A stretch of DNA of 64,000 nucleotides from an uncultured Acidimicrobiaceae bacterium (GCA_963764305.1 CAVXSD010000009.1:369949-433948), one strand, 5' to 3'. Counted from the first letter of the stretch, positions 19,182 through 29,154 are shown. Notes: a model not told the origin generated them from the sequence alone. Numbers and translations: made by a program.

Positions 19182-20312
19182 TCAGGCCAGGCCGAGAAGC
19201 TCGGCTCCGTTGCTCCAGAAGAAGCGCTCCCGGGTCGACGCGTCGAATCCGGCCACGGCATCACCGAAGGCCTCGAACGGCCGCTTGCCACCCTCGGGAT
19301 GCGGGTAGTCGGTCGAGAACATGAACAGGTCGGGACCGCACTGCTCGAGCAGCCAGGCCGTGTCCTCGAACGGGAACGGCGTGAAGCGCACCTGGCGGCG
19401 GAGGTACTCCGAAGGAAGCAGCGTCAGCTCCTGGAGCGCCGGTTCGAACTTGGAGAACGAGCGAAGCGCGTGGTCGACGTTGCGTAGCAGGCCGGGCACC
19501 CAACTCGCCCCGAGCTCGATCGCCGCGCCCCGCAGCCCCGGGTGGCGCTCGAAGACCCCATCGAGCGCCATGCAGGCCAGGAAGCGCTCGGGCGAATGGT
19601 GCAGGACCGGGAAGTCCTTGGACCGCAGGTTCTCCCCACCACCGAGCCAGTCCTTGGGCCGGGGGCGGCCGTTGTTGTGGAACGCCTTGGGCAGGAGCCT
19701 CCCGCCGCCCACGTGGAGAACGAAGGGGACACCGGCCTCGGCCAGGCAGGCCCAGACGGGCTCGAGGTCCACGTGCGCGGGAGAGAAGTCCCCGGGCGCG
19801 TCGGAGGGGACCCAGATGGCCGCCACGCCGACCTCGAGCGCCTCCATCAGGGTCCCGAGGGCCCGGGCGGGGTCGTTGAGCGGCAGGTAGCCGACGGCCT
19901 TCAGCCGCGGGTCCGGTGCGCAGAAGGCGGTCATAGCCCGGTTCAGGGCCTCGGTGCCGCCATAGAGGACGTCGGGATCCTTGCTCCGCGAGAAATGGGC
20001 CAGGGCGAAGGTCGGGAAGACGAGCTGCGCGTCGATCGCCAGGGCATCGAGCACCTTCGACCGCACCGCCGTGTCGAGGGCGCCCGGCGCCATCCACCCC
20101 TTGGGGCCCTTGAGGACCTCGGGCCCGATCTCCTGCCGACGGTGCGCCTCCCAGAGCTCGGGCAGTCCGGCCATCAGCTGGGCCGCTCCGGCTCCCGCTC
20201 CCTCCAGGCCCAGCGAACCGAGACGGTCGCGCAGCCCGGCGTCGGCGAAGCCGCCCAGCCACTCGGGCGTCTCCATGAGGTGGCTGTCGGCGTCGAAGAT
20301 CGCTGATTCCAT
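19182..20312 (-). CDS. Amidohydrolase-2 family protein
   Basis: N-terminal DADSH metal motif and C-terminal FSTDYPHPEG. Start at ATG 20312. Intact. Confidence 0.8.
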   Translation of the reverse strand: MESAIFDADSHLMETPEWLGGFADAGLRDRLGSLGLEGAGAGAAQLMAGLPELWEAHRRQEIGPEVLKGPKGWMAPGALDTAVRSKVLDALAIDAQLVFPTFALAHFSRSKDPDVLYGGTEALNRAMTAFCAPDPRLKAVGYLPLNDPARALGTLMEALEVGVAAIWVPSDAPGDFSPAHVDLEPVWACLAEAGVPFVLHVGGGRLLPKAFHNNGRPRPKDWLGGGENLRSKDFPVLHHSPERFLACMALDGVFERHPGLRGAAIELGASWVPGLLRNVDHALRSFSKFEPALQELTLLPSEYLRRQVRFTPFPFEDTAWLLEQCGPDLFMFSTDYPHPEGGKRPFEAFGDAVAGFDASTRERFFWSNGAELLGLA

Positions 20313-20561
20313 TGGCCCCCCAGTGGTCAGATCGTCGCAACTAGCGTAGACCGACCGGGCGACCATGATGATGTGGAGGCCACCTCGACCGCGCCTTCCG
20401 GGCGATTTCCGAGGCCTGAATAGGTTTCCACAGGCGTCGGCGCCCCACAGACAACATTTATCCCGGTCATAAGTTTCTCTGACCTGGCGTTCAGACCTGC
20501 CGTGTCAAATGGATGCCGTGGAGAGCCGGGGCCGCCCGAGCTCAGACGGAGGACCGCAGAC

Positions 20562-22244
20562 ATGACAGAGCAGCAGAACGACCAGACGAACGGCGAGCCC
20601 GTGGGCGACCCCGCAGCGGAGACCGCTCCGACGCCGGTGCCCGAGGCGACCAACGAAGCGGCCATCCCGATGCCGGCCGCTGCCGCCGCGCCAACGGAAC
20701 AGCCACTCCCCCTCCCCCAGCAGCCCGACACGCCCCCGATGGGTGTTCCTCAGGGCACGACGCCGACCGAGGGCACGACCCCGCCGCAGGGCACCTACGC
20801 GATGGGCGCGCTGGCCGGCAACCCCATGCTCGGTGACGCCCCTGTCTCTCCGTTCGCCGGCCCGTCGCCTACCGACCCCGGCGCCCCCGTGTGGACTGCG
20901 CCCCCCGCTCCCGCCGCGGCAGGCAGCACCAACCACCGTGTGCGCAACGGCCTCTTGGCCGGCGCTGCCGCGCTCGCCGTCCTGGGCGCGGGCATCGGCA
21001 TCGGCCACGCCACGACCGACAACAACGGGTCGAGCACGCAGGCCTTCGCCCCCTCCTCGGGCAGCTCACACCTGCATTCGGGTTCCGGGTCCTCTGGGGG
21101 CTCGGGATCCTCTGGCAGCCCCTTCGGCAACGGCTCTCCCTTCGGGGGGATCTTCGGTGGCTCGGGCAACTCCGGCGGCAACTCCGGTAATGGCAACTCG
21201 GGCTCGTCGAACTCCTCTGGGCCGAGTGACGCCGACGCCATCGCGTCGAAGGTCGACCCGGGTCTGGTCGACATCAACACGACGCTCGGCTACCAGCAGG
21301 AGCAGGCCGCGGGGACGGGCATCGTGCTCACGTCCAACGGCGTGATCCTCACCAACAACCACGTGATCAACGGAGCCACGAGCATCAGCGTGACCGATGT
21401 CGGCAACCACAAGACGTACACGGCCAGCGTGGTCGGGTACGACCGGACCAAGGACATCGCGGTCCTGCAGCTGCACAACGCCTCGGGACTCCAGACGGCA
21501 ACGCTGGCGACCTCGTCCAGCGCCTCGGTCGGCCAGAACGTCGTCGGCGTCGGCAACGCTGGCGGCACCGGCGGGACGCCGAGTGCGGCCGGCGGAACGG
21601 TGACGGCGCTCAACCAGTCGATCACCGCCAGCGACGAAGGTGACGGCACCTCGGAGCAGCTGAGCGGCCTCATCGAGACCAACGCCGACATCCAGCCCGG
21701 TGACTCGGGAGGTGCCCTCGTCAACACCTCGGGCGAGGTGATCGGTGTGGACACGGCTGCCTCCGCCGGGTTCTCGTTCCAGTCCAGCGACCAGTCCTCG
21801 GGGAACCAGGGCTATGCCATCCCTATCAACACCGCCCTGAGCATCGCCCGGGCGATCGAGGCCGGGTCGGGCTCGTCCACGATCCACATCGGCCAGACGG
21901 CGTTCCTGGGCGTCGAGATCAACGCCGCGAGTGACAACTCCGGCAACGGCGGTCAAGGAGGCGGCTTCGGTGGATTCTTCGGAGGCAACTCCGGCAACAC
22001 CGGGTCATCGGTCTCCGGGGCCTCCATCGCCAGTGTCGTCACCAACGGTCCGGCGCAGGAGGCCGGTCTCGCCCAGGGTGACGTCATCACGTCGCTCGGT
22101 GGCAAGACGATCGGCACCGCCAACGACCTCACCGGCGACATGGGCGCCTACCACCCCGGCGACAAGGTGACGATCGGTTGGACCGACGGGTCGGGCCAGA
22201 CCCACACGGCCACGGTGCAACTCTCGTCAGGTCCTCCGCAGTAG
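20562..22244 (+). CDS. HtrA/DegP-like S1C serine protease with a PDZ domain
   Basis: GGAGGA precedes the ATG at 20562. Domain order is a Pro-rich N-terminus, a TM segment (LLAGAAALAVLGAGIGIG), a Gly/Ser-rich linker, a trypsin fold (TNNHVI, DIAVLQ, GDSGGAL) and a C-terminal PDZ (GPAQEAGLAQGDVITSLGG). Confidence 0.9.
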   Translation: MTEQQNDQTNGEPVGDPAAETAPTPVPEATNEAAIPMPAAAAAPTEQPLPLPQQPDTPPMGVPQGTTPTEGTTPPQGTYAMGALAGNPMLGDAPVSPFAGPSPTDPGAPVWTAPPAPAAAGSTNHRVRNGLLAGAAALAVLGAGIGIGHATTDNNGSSTQAFAPSSGSSHLHSGSGSSGGSGSSGSPFGNGSPFGGIFGGSGNSGGNSGNGNSGSSNSSGPSDADAIASKVDPGLVDINTTLGYQQEQAAGTGIVLTSNGVILTNNHVINGATSISVTDVGNHKTYTASVVGYDRTKDIAVLQLHNASGLQTATLATSSSASVGQNVVGVGNAGGTGGTPSAAGGTVTALNQSITASDEGDGTSEQLSGLIETNADIQPGDSGGALVNTSGEVIGVDTAASAGFSFQSSDQSSGNQGYAIPINTALSIARAIEAGSGSSTIHIGQTAFLGVEINAASDNSGNGGQGGGFGGFFGGNSGNTGSSVSGASIASVVTNGPAQEAGLAQGDVITSLGGKTIGTANDLTGDMGAYHPGDKVTIGWTDGSGQTHTATVQLSSGPPQ

Positions 22245-22271
22245 CGCTCCGCTCACCGGCACGGTGACTGC

Positions 22272-22310
22272 GAAGGCCCCTCCCGCCACTACCAGGCAGG
22301 GGGGGCCTTC
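22272..22310 (+). terminator. GC-rich stem-loop downstream of the protease gene
   Basis: GAAGGCCCCTCC (22272-22283) pairs with GGGGGGGCCTTC (22299-22310), including one G-U pair. There is no clear T-tract, which is common in high-GC actinobacteria. Confidence 0.5.
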
Positions 22311-22381
22311 GTCGTATCCGTGGTCAGTCCGCCTCACCCCGGACGTCGTTACCCAGGGCCCGGAGGGGTAGCTTGGCCTGT

Positions 22382-22681
22382 ATGGCGCTGGAGTACGTGA
22401 TTCCCGGGGGAAGGCTCACGGACACCGAGCTCACGGACACCGAGCTCACCGCCCTGGCTCTGGCCGCCGACCCGGATGCGCCGATCGCCGACGGGGCGGT
22501 GCCCATCGGCATCCACCTGGCCCAGCTGGGAACCGCTCTCCCGCTCTGGTACATGCCGCCGGTGGTGCACCGGGGCGGCCGCCGGTGGAAGGCGCCCTTC
22601 GTGATCGCCGTTGTCTCGGCCTTCCTGCTGATCGATCTCATGGGTCTGTGCAATACCTATGGGCTCCTCACCTGGGCCTGA
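22382..22681 (+). CDS. Small membrane protein (hypothetical)
   Basis: C-terminal hydrophobic segment APFVIAVVSAFLLIDLMGL. Contains an in-frame 15-bp duplication. Confidence 0.45.
   Translation: MALEYVIPGGRLTDTELTDTELTALALAADPDAPIADGAVPIGIHLAQLGTALPLWYMPPVVHRGGRRWKAPFVIAVVSAFLLIDLMGLCNTYGLLTWA
22415..22449. repeat. 15-bp tandem duplication (CTCACGGACACCGAG x2 plus 5 nt)
   Basis: 22415-22429 is identical to 22430-22444. Encodes LTDTE-LTDTE. Confidence 0.9.
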
Positions 22682-22747
22682 GGCGCTCCCGGAACCCAGG
22701 GCCGGGCCTGAAGGCGGGTCGAGCGGGCAGTCGGAAGAACCAGTCGG

Positions 22748-23098
22748 TCAGGGCTTGCCCGCCGCTCTCCAGCTCTTGACCCGGGCGTCGCTGATCCGTC
22801 GAGCCGTCGGCATGTTCGCCCAGGCCCGGAAACGGGCCTTCTCCTCGGCGCTCAGCTTGGAGTAGAGCGACTCTTCGGCCGGTGGACCACTCGGCCGCGG
22901 TGAGCGGGTACGGCCCCCACCCCCGCGGCTACTCCGTCCCTTCTCGATATACGGCTTGAACGCCCGACGAAGCTCCGACGCGTTGGCTGTGCTCAGGTCG
23001 ATCTCGTAGGTCTGGCCATCGAGGGCAAACTCGATCGTCTCGTCGGCGTCCCCGCCATCCATGTCATCGGTCAGCTTCACTATCACGGTCTTTGCCAT
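22748..23098 (-). CDS. lsr2: Lsr2-family nucleoid-associated protein
   Basis: The N-terminus MAKTVIVKLTDDMDG..ETIEFALDGQTYEIDLS is diagnostic of the Lsr2 dimerisation domain. A basic linker and a C-terminal DNA-binding-like segment follow. Confidence 0.85.
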   Translation of the reverse strand: MAKTVIVKLTDDMDGGDADETIEFALDGQTYEIDLSTANASELRRAFKPYIEKGRSSRGGGGRTRSPRPSGPPAEESLYSKLSAEEKARFRAWANMPTARRISDARVKSWRAAGKP

Positions 23099-23418
23099 GG
23101 ACAAATGGTGACAGAGCCCTCGACGGCCCACAAAGGCCGCCTGTGGCGAATGGGCAGGAACAGCAGCAGGAATTCGGCGGTCACGGTCGTCGGTGCCCGC
23201 AAAGGTGCAGCCGGACGCCGGTCGCGGCCAGCTGAACGGTGCAATCACCCGGAATGTCGATTGCCCAGGAGACATACGGGTAGGCTAGAGGTGTCCCGAC
23301 GTGCCGGATTTGACCCCTTTTCCCCCTCTGTCAAATCCAAGGCGCGGTCGGGGCCTTTTCGCCCACCACCGCCAAGAATGCTCCGTCTGTCGGGCGGCCC
23401 GGTCGCCAGAATGGTCCG

Positions 23419-23661
23419 ATGCCACGTCGAAACAGTGCCCGCAAGGGCCAAGGGCAGCAGTCTCTAGGCGATCACCGCGTCCCGGGCCTGGGATCGCACT
23501 GGCGCGCCGACGGCCTCCCGAAGGCCGCCTACGCGAGCCAGGCTGACGCGCTGACCGCGGCACTCGTGCGTCGGCAGGAGTCAGGGGTGGACTTGACCGT
23601 CTATCGCTGCGACGTCTGCTCGGCCTGGCACATGGGCAATCCACGGCGCGATCCGTCGTAA
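23419..23661 (+). CDS. Small hypothetical protein ending in a VYRCDVCSAWHMG motif
   Basis: The C-terminal CxxC..H motif is typical of a small actinobacterial family. The true start may lie downstream of 23419. Confidence 0.45.
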   Translation: MPRRNSARKGQGQQSLGDHRVPGLGSHWRADGLPKAAYASQADALTAALVRRQESGVDLTVYRCDVCSAWHMGNPRRDPS

Positions 23662-23673
23662 CGAGGGGCTGGC

Positions 23674-24192
23674 ATGGATCCGTCGTCGCGCCCCCCGGGT
23701 TGGGAACGCCAGCAGGCCCTGTGCCCCGAGTGCGGGTTCGATTGGGACGAGGCGAGCTACGAGGTACTGGTCGGCCGGTGCGTGACCAACATCGCCGTCT
23801 TCGGTGGCGTGCTCTCTAGGATCGACCCGGCGGAGGCCGTCGAACCTGGTCTCTGGTCCGCCAGCCGTTACGTGTGGCACACCGTCGACGTCCTCCGCTT
23901 CGGGACCGAGCGCCTGTGGACGATCAGTGCGGACCCCGCGTTCGGTGTCCCGGCTTGGGACGAGAACATCGTCGCCGAGGTGCGCTCCTACGACCAGCTC
24001 TCGCCCATGGTCGGCCTCATCGCACTGCTCTCCGCGGCCGATGCGTGGCGCACGGCAGCCTTCGAGGCACCGCACGACGTGACGACACTGCACCCCGAGT
24101 CCGGCGCGATCAATGCCTTCGACGTCGTCCAACGAAATGCACACGAGGTCTGCCACCACCTGTGGGACGTCCGACGGGCGATGGACGACTGA
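23674..24192 (+). CDS. DinB-like protein with an N-terminal CxxC motif
   Basis: CPECGFDWDE at the N-terminus and a four-helix DinB-like His pattern (WHTVDVLRF, NAHEVCHHLWD). A paralogue lies at 56720-57241. Confidence 0.65.
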   Translation: MDPSSRPPGWERQQALCPECGFDWDEASYEVLVGRCVTNIAVFGGVLSRIDPAEAVEPGLWSASRYVWHTVDVLRFGTERLWTISADPAFGVPAWDENIVAEVRSYDQLSPMVGLIALLSAADAWRTAAFEAPHDVTTLHPESGAINAFDVVQRNAHEVCHHLWDVRRAMDD

Positions 24193-24265
24193 CCCCGAGA
24201 ACACCGCGCCACACCTCGTACGCCGACACCGTGAGATCGTCAGGGCCGTCGGGGCCGCCGAGTTG

Positions 24266-24601
24266 ATGGCCGCCCAACCCTGCGAGGATGGAGCCATGGG
24301 ATCGGATGGCGACGAAGGGTCTGCAGAGGCCGAGCCCGTCGGGACTGAGACCGAGGAGGAGGGCGCAGGGGGCTTCGACAGCTGGCGGCGTGAGTCGGCC
24401 CTGGGCGCAGTCGGCACCGGAATCGCCCGAGGCCTCCACGCCGTGTTCGCTCCACGCGTCCATGAGGTGGCGATCATCGCCGCCGTGCCGGGCGAACCCC
24501 CTGACGCAGATCAGCGTGTGCAGGTCATCCTCGATCCCGATGATCCGACGAAGTCGGTCGCCATCATGCCCAAGACACCGCTCGACCCGCCTTCGGAGTA
24601 G
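24266..24601 (+). CDS. Acidic hypothetical protein
   Basis: GC-rich third positions, no recognisable family, start uncertain. Confidence 0.3.
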   Translation: MAAQPCEDGAMGSDGDEGSAEAEPVGTETEEEGAGGFDSWRRESALGAVGTGIARGLHAVFAPRVHEVAIIAAVPGEPPDADQRVQVILDPDDPTKSVAIMPKTPLDPPSE

Positions 24602-24785
24602 TCCTGCTGGAGGACGCCGCAGCGCTCGCCGGCCGTCCGGCTGGTCGAGCAGTCAGCTTGCGGCGTGCGACGCGGCAATTCCTTTGGAGGTCTGGCCGCG
24701 GCGGTGCATTGACTCTCCAGGATCCCGGACTTATCATCCGGGGTATCGGACAATGTGTCCGATACATCAGAGGAGTTGTCAAAGC

Positions 24786-26021
24786 ATGAGCACCGTGGCG
24801 AGCATGACCCCTGTCGACCTCTCGGATTCCCGTTCCTACGTGGCCGGGGTCCCGCATGCCTGGCTGGCCCATCTGCGCCGCCACGACCCCGTCCACTGGC
24901 AGGACGAGCCCGGCGGCCCCGGGTTCTGGGCCGTCACCCGTTACGAGGACTGCGTGACCGTGAACCGGGACTACGAGCGCTTCAGCTCCGCCGCCCAGGG
25001 GACCATGCCCTTCGAGCTCGGGGCGGACGAGGTCGCCCAGCAGAGCCTGATGATGCTCAACATGGACCCGCCGCTGCACACCCGCTACCGACGCCTCGTC
25101 AACAAGGGATTCACCCCCCGCACGGTGCGCGACCTCGAGGAGAGCACCCGCCGGTCGACCGAAGCGATCATCGACTCGGTGATCGAGAAGGGTGAGGCCG
25201 ACTTCGTCACCCAGCTCTCCGCCGAGCTCCCGCTGCAGGTGATCGCCGAGCTGCTCGGCGTGCCCCAGGAGGACCGCCACCGCGTGTTCGACTGGTCCAA
25301 CCGCATGGTGGGCAACGAGGACCCCGAATACCAGGCCCAGGCGGAGATGGCCCTCGACGCCGCCATGGAGCTCTACGCCTACGCGGCCGAGCTCTTCGGC
25401 AAGAAGCGGATCGATCCCCATGCCGACCTCATGAGCGTGCTCACGGGCGTCGAGGTCGAGGGCGAGCGCCTCAGCGACCTGGAGCTCGAGCTCTTCTTCC
25501 TGCTGCTCACCGTCGCCGGCAATGAGACCACCCGCAACCTCATGTCCGGCGCCATGCACGCCTTCTTCCAGAATCCCGCGCAGTGGGAGCGCCTCCTCGC
25601 CGACCGCAGCCTCCTGCCCAGCGCCGTCGACGAGATGCTGCGGTTCGTGTCGCCCGTCATGAACTTCCGCCGCACGGCCATGTGCGACCTCGAGCTGAGC
25701 AACACCAAGCTGGCCGCCGGCGACAAGGTGGTGTTCTTCCACACATCGGCCAACCGGGACGAGGACGTCTTCACGGACCCCGACACCTTCGACATCGGGC
25801 GGGACCCCAATCCCCACATCGCCTTCGGCGGTGGCGGGCCCCACTTCTGCCTGGGCACCAATCTGGCCCGGATGGAGATCCGGGTGATGTTCGAACTTCT
25901 GTTGGACCGGATGCCCGACATTCGCCAGGACGGTGACGTGCAGCGCCTACAGTCCCAGTTCATCAATGGCGTCAAACACCTCCCCGTGGCGTTCACCCCA
26001 TCAGCCCGCGTCGGCTCCTGA
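24786..26021 (+). CDS. Cytochrome P450 (CYP124/125/142-like by N-terminal and haem-loop motifs)
   Basis: FWAVTRYEDCVTVNRDYERFSS, AGNETT, EMLRF and the haem loop FGGGGPHFCLG. The upstream part of ORF 24288..26021 is treated as non-coding read-through. Confidence 0.9.
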   Translation: MSTVASMTPVDLSDSRSYVAGVPHAWLAHLRRHDPVHWQDEPGGPGFWAVTRYEDCVTVNRDYERFSSAAQGTMPFELGADEVAQQSLMMLNMDPPLHTRYRRLVNKGFTPRTVRDLEESTRRSTEAIIDSVIEKGEADFVTQLSAELPLQVIAELLGVPQEDRHRVFDWSNRMVGNEDPEYQAQAEMALDAAMELYAYAAELFGKKRIDPHADLMSVLTGVEVEGERLSDLELELFFLLLTVAGNETTRNLMSGAMHAFFQNPAQWERLLADRSLLPSAVDEMLRFVSPVMNFRRTAMCDLELSNTKLAAGDKVVFFHTSANRDEDVFTDPDTFDIGRDPNPHIAFGGGGPHFCLGTNLARMEIRVMFELLLDRMPDIRQDGDVQRLQSQFINGVKHLPVAFTPSARVGS

Positions 26022-26045
26022 GCCGGCGGGCTGAGAGCGGGCACG

Positions 26046-26666
26046 GTGGCGCGCCGCGCGCCCGACGCGCTGAAAGACGTCATCCGTGACTTCCGGCGGG
26101 ACCAGCTGGTCGACACGGCGCGCCGGCTCTTCGGCGAGCGCGGCTCCACCGACGTCTCCATAGACGAGATCGCCGCCGAGGCCGGGGTCGCCCGCTCGAC
26201 GGTGTACGTCTACTTCGCCAACCGGGACGAGCTCCTGCGGGCCTGCGTGCAGTCGATGTACGACCGCCTGCAGGACACCATCGCCCTCGTCGTGGACGAC
26301 GGCGCCGCGCCCGTGGCGCGATTGCACCGGCTGATCCTCGGCGCGCTCGAGCGGGTCGACGAGAGCCCCGCCTTCTTCCGTCTCGCCATGGCCACACAGT
26401 CGACCACCGCGGCCGGTTCGGAGGCGGTGGGAGGCGCGCTCATGATGATCGGGCTCGACATGATCCGCGTGCTCGAGGACATCGTCGTGGCGGGCATCGC
26501 CGCCGGGGACTTCCGGGCCGACCTCGATCCCGAGCGCGCCGTGGTGCTCGTCGGCCAGCAGATCTACGGGGCGCTGTCGGTCCGGGCGGGCGAGCCCGAC
26601 CCGATCCCGGTCGGCCAGGCCGCCGACGAGATGAGTTCGTTCGTGTGCCGGGGACTGGGGGTGTGA
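26046..26666 (+). CDS. TetR/AcrR-family transcriptional regulator
   Basis: N-terminal HTH VSIDEIAAEAGVARSTVYVYFANRDEL. Confidence 0.85.
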   Translation: MARRAPDALKDVIRDFRRDQLVDTARRLFGERGSTDVSIDEIAAEAGVARSTVYVYFANRDELLRACVQSMYDRLQDTIALVVDDGAAPVARLHRLILGALERVDESPAFFRLAMATQSTTAAGSEAVGGALMMIGLDMIRVLEDIVVAGIAAGDFRADLDPERAVVLVGQQIYGALSVRAGEPDPIPVGQAADEMSSFVCRGLGV

Positions 26667-26667
26667 C

Positions 26668-27543
26668 GTGAAGTTCGACCTGTGGATGCCGACCGCCAGC
26701 CCGATGACCACCGCCGCGCTCCTCGACGCCGTGGCCGACGGGGCCGAGGCCCGCGGCGTCGGGACCATCTGGGTGGGCGAACACGTGGTGCTCTTCGAGC
26801 AGTACGAGAGCCATTACCCCTACGCCGAGGACGGCCGCATCCCGGCCCCGTCGGGGAGCGGTCTGCTCGAGCCCATGGTCACGTTGACCTACCTGGCGGC
26901 GCGCACGTCCGCGGTCCGGCTCGGCACCGCGATGCTGCTCCTCCCCCAGCGCAACCCCGTCTACACCGCCAAGGAGGTCAGCACGCTCGACTGGCTCTCG
27001 GGCGGGAGAGTCGACCTCGGCATCGGCGTTGGCTGGCTCAAGGAGGAGTTCGACGTCCTCAACGTGCCCTGGGAACGCCGGGGGCGCCGGACCGACGAAT
27101 ACCTCGAGGTGCTGCGCACGCTCTGGCTCGACGACACCTCCTCCTTCCACGGCGAGATCTACGACCTCCCCCCGTGCGAGATGTACCCCAAGCCGGTGCA
27201 GCAACCGCCCCCCGTCCACGTCGGAGGCGAGACGCCGGCCGCGCTGCGCCGGGCGGCGCGCCTGGGGCAGGGATGGCACACCTTCAACCGGTCGCCCGAC
27301 GAGTTGGCGGCCGGCCTGGCCGCGCTCGACGACGAGCTGGCCAAGGTCGGGCGCAGCCGCGCCGAGCTGCGCATCACGGTGTGCCCCTACTTCAACCAGC
27401 TGACGCCCGAATGGGTGGAGCGCTACGCCGAGGCCGGCGCCGATGCCGTGGCCGCGCTCTTCTTCGCCTTCACCCCGGACGACGTGGCCCGGGCCTTCGA
27501 CGACCTCGAGGCCTGCCGCGAAGCGGCGGCCCGCGCCGGCTGA
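26668..27543 (+). CDS. Luciferase-like monooxygenase (LLM) class F420-dependent oxidoreductase
   Basis: LLM pattern (IWVGEHVV, LGTAMLLLPQRNPVYTAKE, LSGGRVDLGIGVGW). GTG start 1 nt after the TetR stop. Confidence 0.8.
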   Translation: MKFDLWMPTASPMTTAALLDAVADGAEARGVGTIWVGEHVVLFEQYESHYPYAEDGRIPAPSGSGLLEPMVTLTYLAARTSAVRLGTAMLLLPQRNPVYTAKEVSTLDWLSGGRVDLGIGVGWLKEEFDVLNVPWERRGRRTDEYLEVLRTLWLDDTSSFHGEIYDLPPCEMYPKPVQQPPPVHVGGETPAALRRAARLGQGWHTFNRSPDELAAGLAALDDELAKVGRSRAELRITVCPYFNQLTPEWVERYAEAGADAVAALFFAFTPDDVARAFDDLEACREAAARAG

Positions 27544-27819
27544 GCGGCGGCGCCACCCACGGGCGGCGCGAGGCGCGCTGCGTGCTCGGGGCGGACCACG
27601 CCCGCTCCCTCGCGCCGCCCGAAGGCTTGGCTCTCCGAACGTAGGCCCGGAACCCCGCCCGGCCGAATCGTCCGCAGGAATGATCCGCCCACTGAGGTTT
27701 CATTCCTGGGGATGAGCACCGGCCCGTCCCCGACCAGGGAGGCTGGGGAGGTGTTCCTGCAGGGAGGCCCAGCTCAAGCCGCAGTACGATGGTCGTCCCG
27801 CCTGGGAACGAAGGATCCA

Positions 27820-29154
27820 ATGGCCCCCAGCTCACGTCACCTTTTCCCCGAGTGGCCCCGGCCCCGGATTGCCCGCAGCGGCAGACCGGCCGGGGGGCCC
27901 GAGAGCGACGGGGCGTGGCGGGTCTGGGAGTGGTTGCGGGCCATCGACCGGCGCTACGCCACCGTGGTCGACGTCGTTCTCGCCGCCGGGCTCTTCGTGG
28001 TGTGCTCGGGGTGGGTGATCGAGCGCACGGCGACCCGGCCCGATCTCTGGTTCGTGGCGGCCCTCATCTTCCCGCTGGTGTTCCGGCGGCGGGCCCCCAT
28101 GACGGTGTTCCTGGTCATTGCCACCGTGGCCTTCGTGCAGTGGCTCGTGACCGGTCCGGCCCTGGCCGACGGCGCGCTCCTCGTCGCGCTCTACACGGTG
28201 GCGCTCGAGTCGGCGTGGTTCCTCGTCGCCGCGGCCACGGTCATCCTGGAGGTGGGCGTGGTGATGGCTACGGCCCGCTGGACACCCACGGGCAACGACG
28301 TCAAGTCCTTCGTGTTCCTCACCGGGCTGGTCTTCACCGCGCTGCTGGGGGGCGTGGTGGTGCGGGCCCTGCGCAGCCAGCTCGACTGGCTGGCCGAGCG
28401 GGCAGAGCGGCTGGAGCGCGAGCGCGACCAGCAGGCGACCCTCGCCGCGGTCACCGAGCGGGCCCGCATCGCGCGCGAGATGCACGACGTGGTCTCACAC
28501 AACATCCAGGTGATGGTGACCCTGGCCGATGCCGCCTCCGTGGCACAGGCCGCGGACCCGGCACGTGCGGCGGAGGCGATCCAGGAGGTCTCGAGCACGG
28601 GACGCCAGGCGCTGACCGACATGCGCCGGATACTCGGCGTGCTGCGTGAGGAGCCCTCAGCGGCCGGGACGAACGGCTCGGCGGGTGAGGGCGGTCGCCC
28701 GCCGTTCGCCCCCCAGCCGGGCCTGCGTGACCTCGACCCACTCGTCGAGCGGGTCCGGGGCACGGGCCTCGACGTCTCGGTCCGCTACGTGGGCGCGCCG
28801 TTCGAGCTCTCCGGGGCCGCGGGGCTGACCGTCTATCGCATTGTGCAGGAGGCCCTGACCAACACCCTGAAGCACGCCGACGCGCCCGCCTCGGTGGAGG
28901 TGCGGCTGGACTTCGCCGACCCCGACGTGTCGGTGCGAATCACCGACGACGGCCGGGCCGGCGTGGCCGTGCCGTCCTCCATTGCGGGGAACGGGCACGG
29001 TCGAGCCGAGGTGTCAGGCGGCGGCCACGGGCTGGCGGGCATGGCGGAACGGGCGACGGCGTTCGGCGGGACGCTCCAGGCCGGTCCGGGCCCCACGGGT
29101 GGCTGGGAGGTGGCGGCCACGCTGCGCGACTGCAAAGCGCCCGCCCCCGCATGA
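27820..29154 (+). CDS. Sensor histidine kinase (HisKA_3/NarL-partner type)
   Basis: Four or five TM segments, the H-box RIAREMHDVVSHNI, and an HATPase_c region. Start uncertain (27712 or 27820). Confidence 0.85.
   Translation: MAPSSRHLFPEWPRPRIARSGRPAGGPESDGAWRVWEWLRAIDRRYATVVDVVLAAGLFVVCSGWVIERTATRPDLWFVAALIFPLVFRRRAPMTVFLVIATVAFVQWLVTGPALADGALLVALYTVALESAWFLVAAATVILEVGVVMATARWTPTGNDVKSFVFLTGLVFTALLGGVVVRALRSQLDWLAERAERLERERDQQATLAAVTERARIAREMHDVVSHNIQVMVTLADAASVAQAADPARAAEAIQEVSSTGRQALTDMRRILGVLREEPSAAGTNGSAGEGGRPPFAPQPGLRDLDPLVERVRGTGLDVSVRYVGAPFELSGAAGLTVYRIVQEALTNTLKHADAPASVEVRLDFADPDVSVRITDDGRAGVAVPSSIAGNGHGRAEVSGGGHGLAGMAERATAFGGTLQAGPGPTGGWEVAATLRDCKAPAPA

Noticed and set aside
17154-19291. 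Overlapping 430-aa and 354-aa Arg/Pro/Gly-rich ORFs
   Set aside because: These are off-frame readings of the ADH and TauD genes and have the composition typical of wrong-frame translation of GC-rich genes.
21040-21240. Gly/Ser-rich repetitive DNA inside the protease gene as a mobile or regulatory repeat
   Set aside because: It is a low-complexity linker between the TM segment and the protease domain. It is in frame and typical of actinobacterial HtrA-like proteins.
24288-24785. N-terminal extension giving a 577-aa P450 ORF
   Set aside because: The P450 homology begins at MSTVASMTPVDL (ATG 24786). The upstream part is Ser/Arg/Pro-rich read-through that overlaps another frame's ORF.
24564-25844. 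426-aa minus-strand ORF, and similar long antisense ORFs at 37514-39127, 43215-44639 and 39459-40577
   Set aside because: All of them overlap well-supported genes on the other strand and lack motifs.
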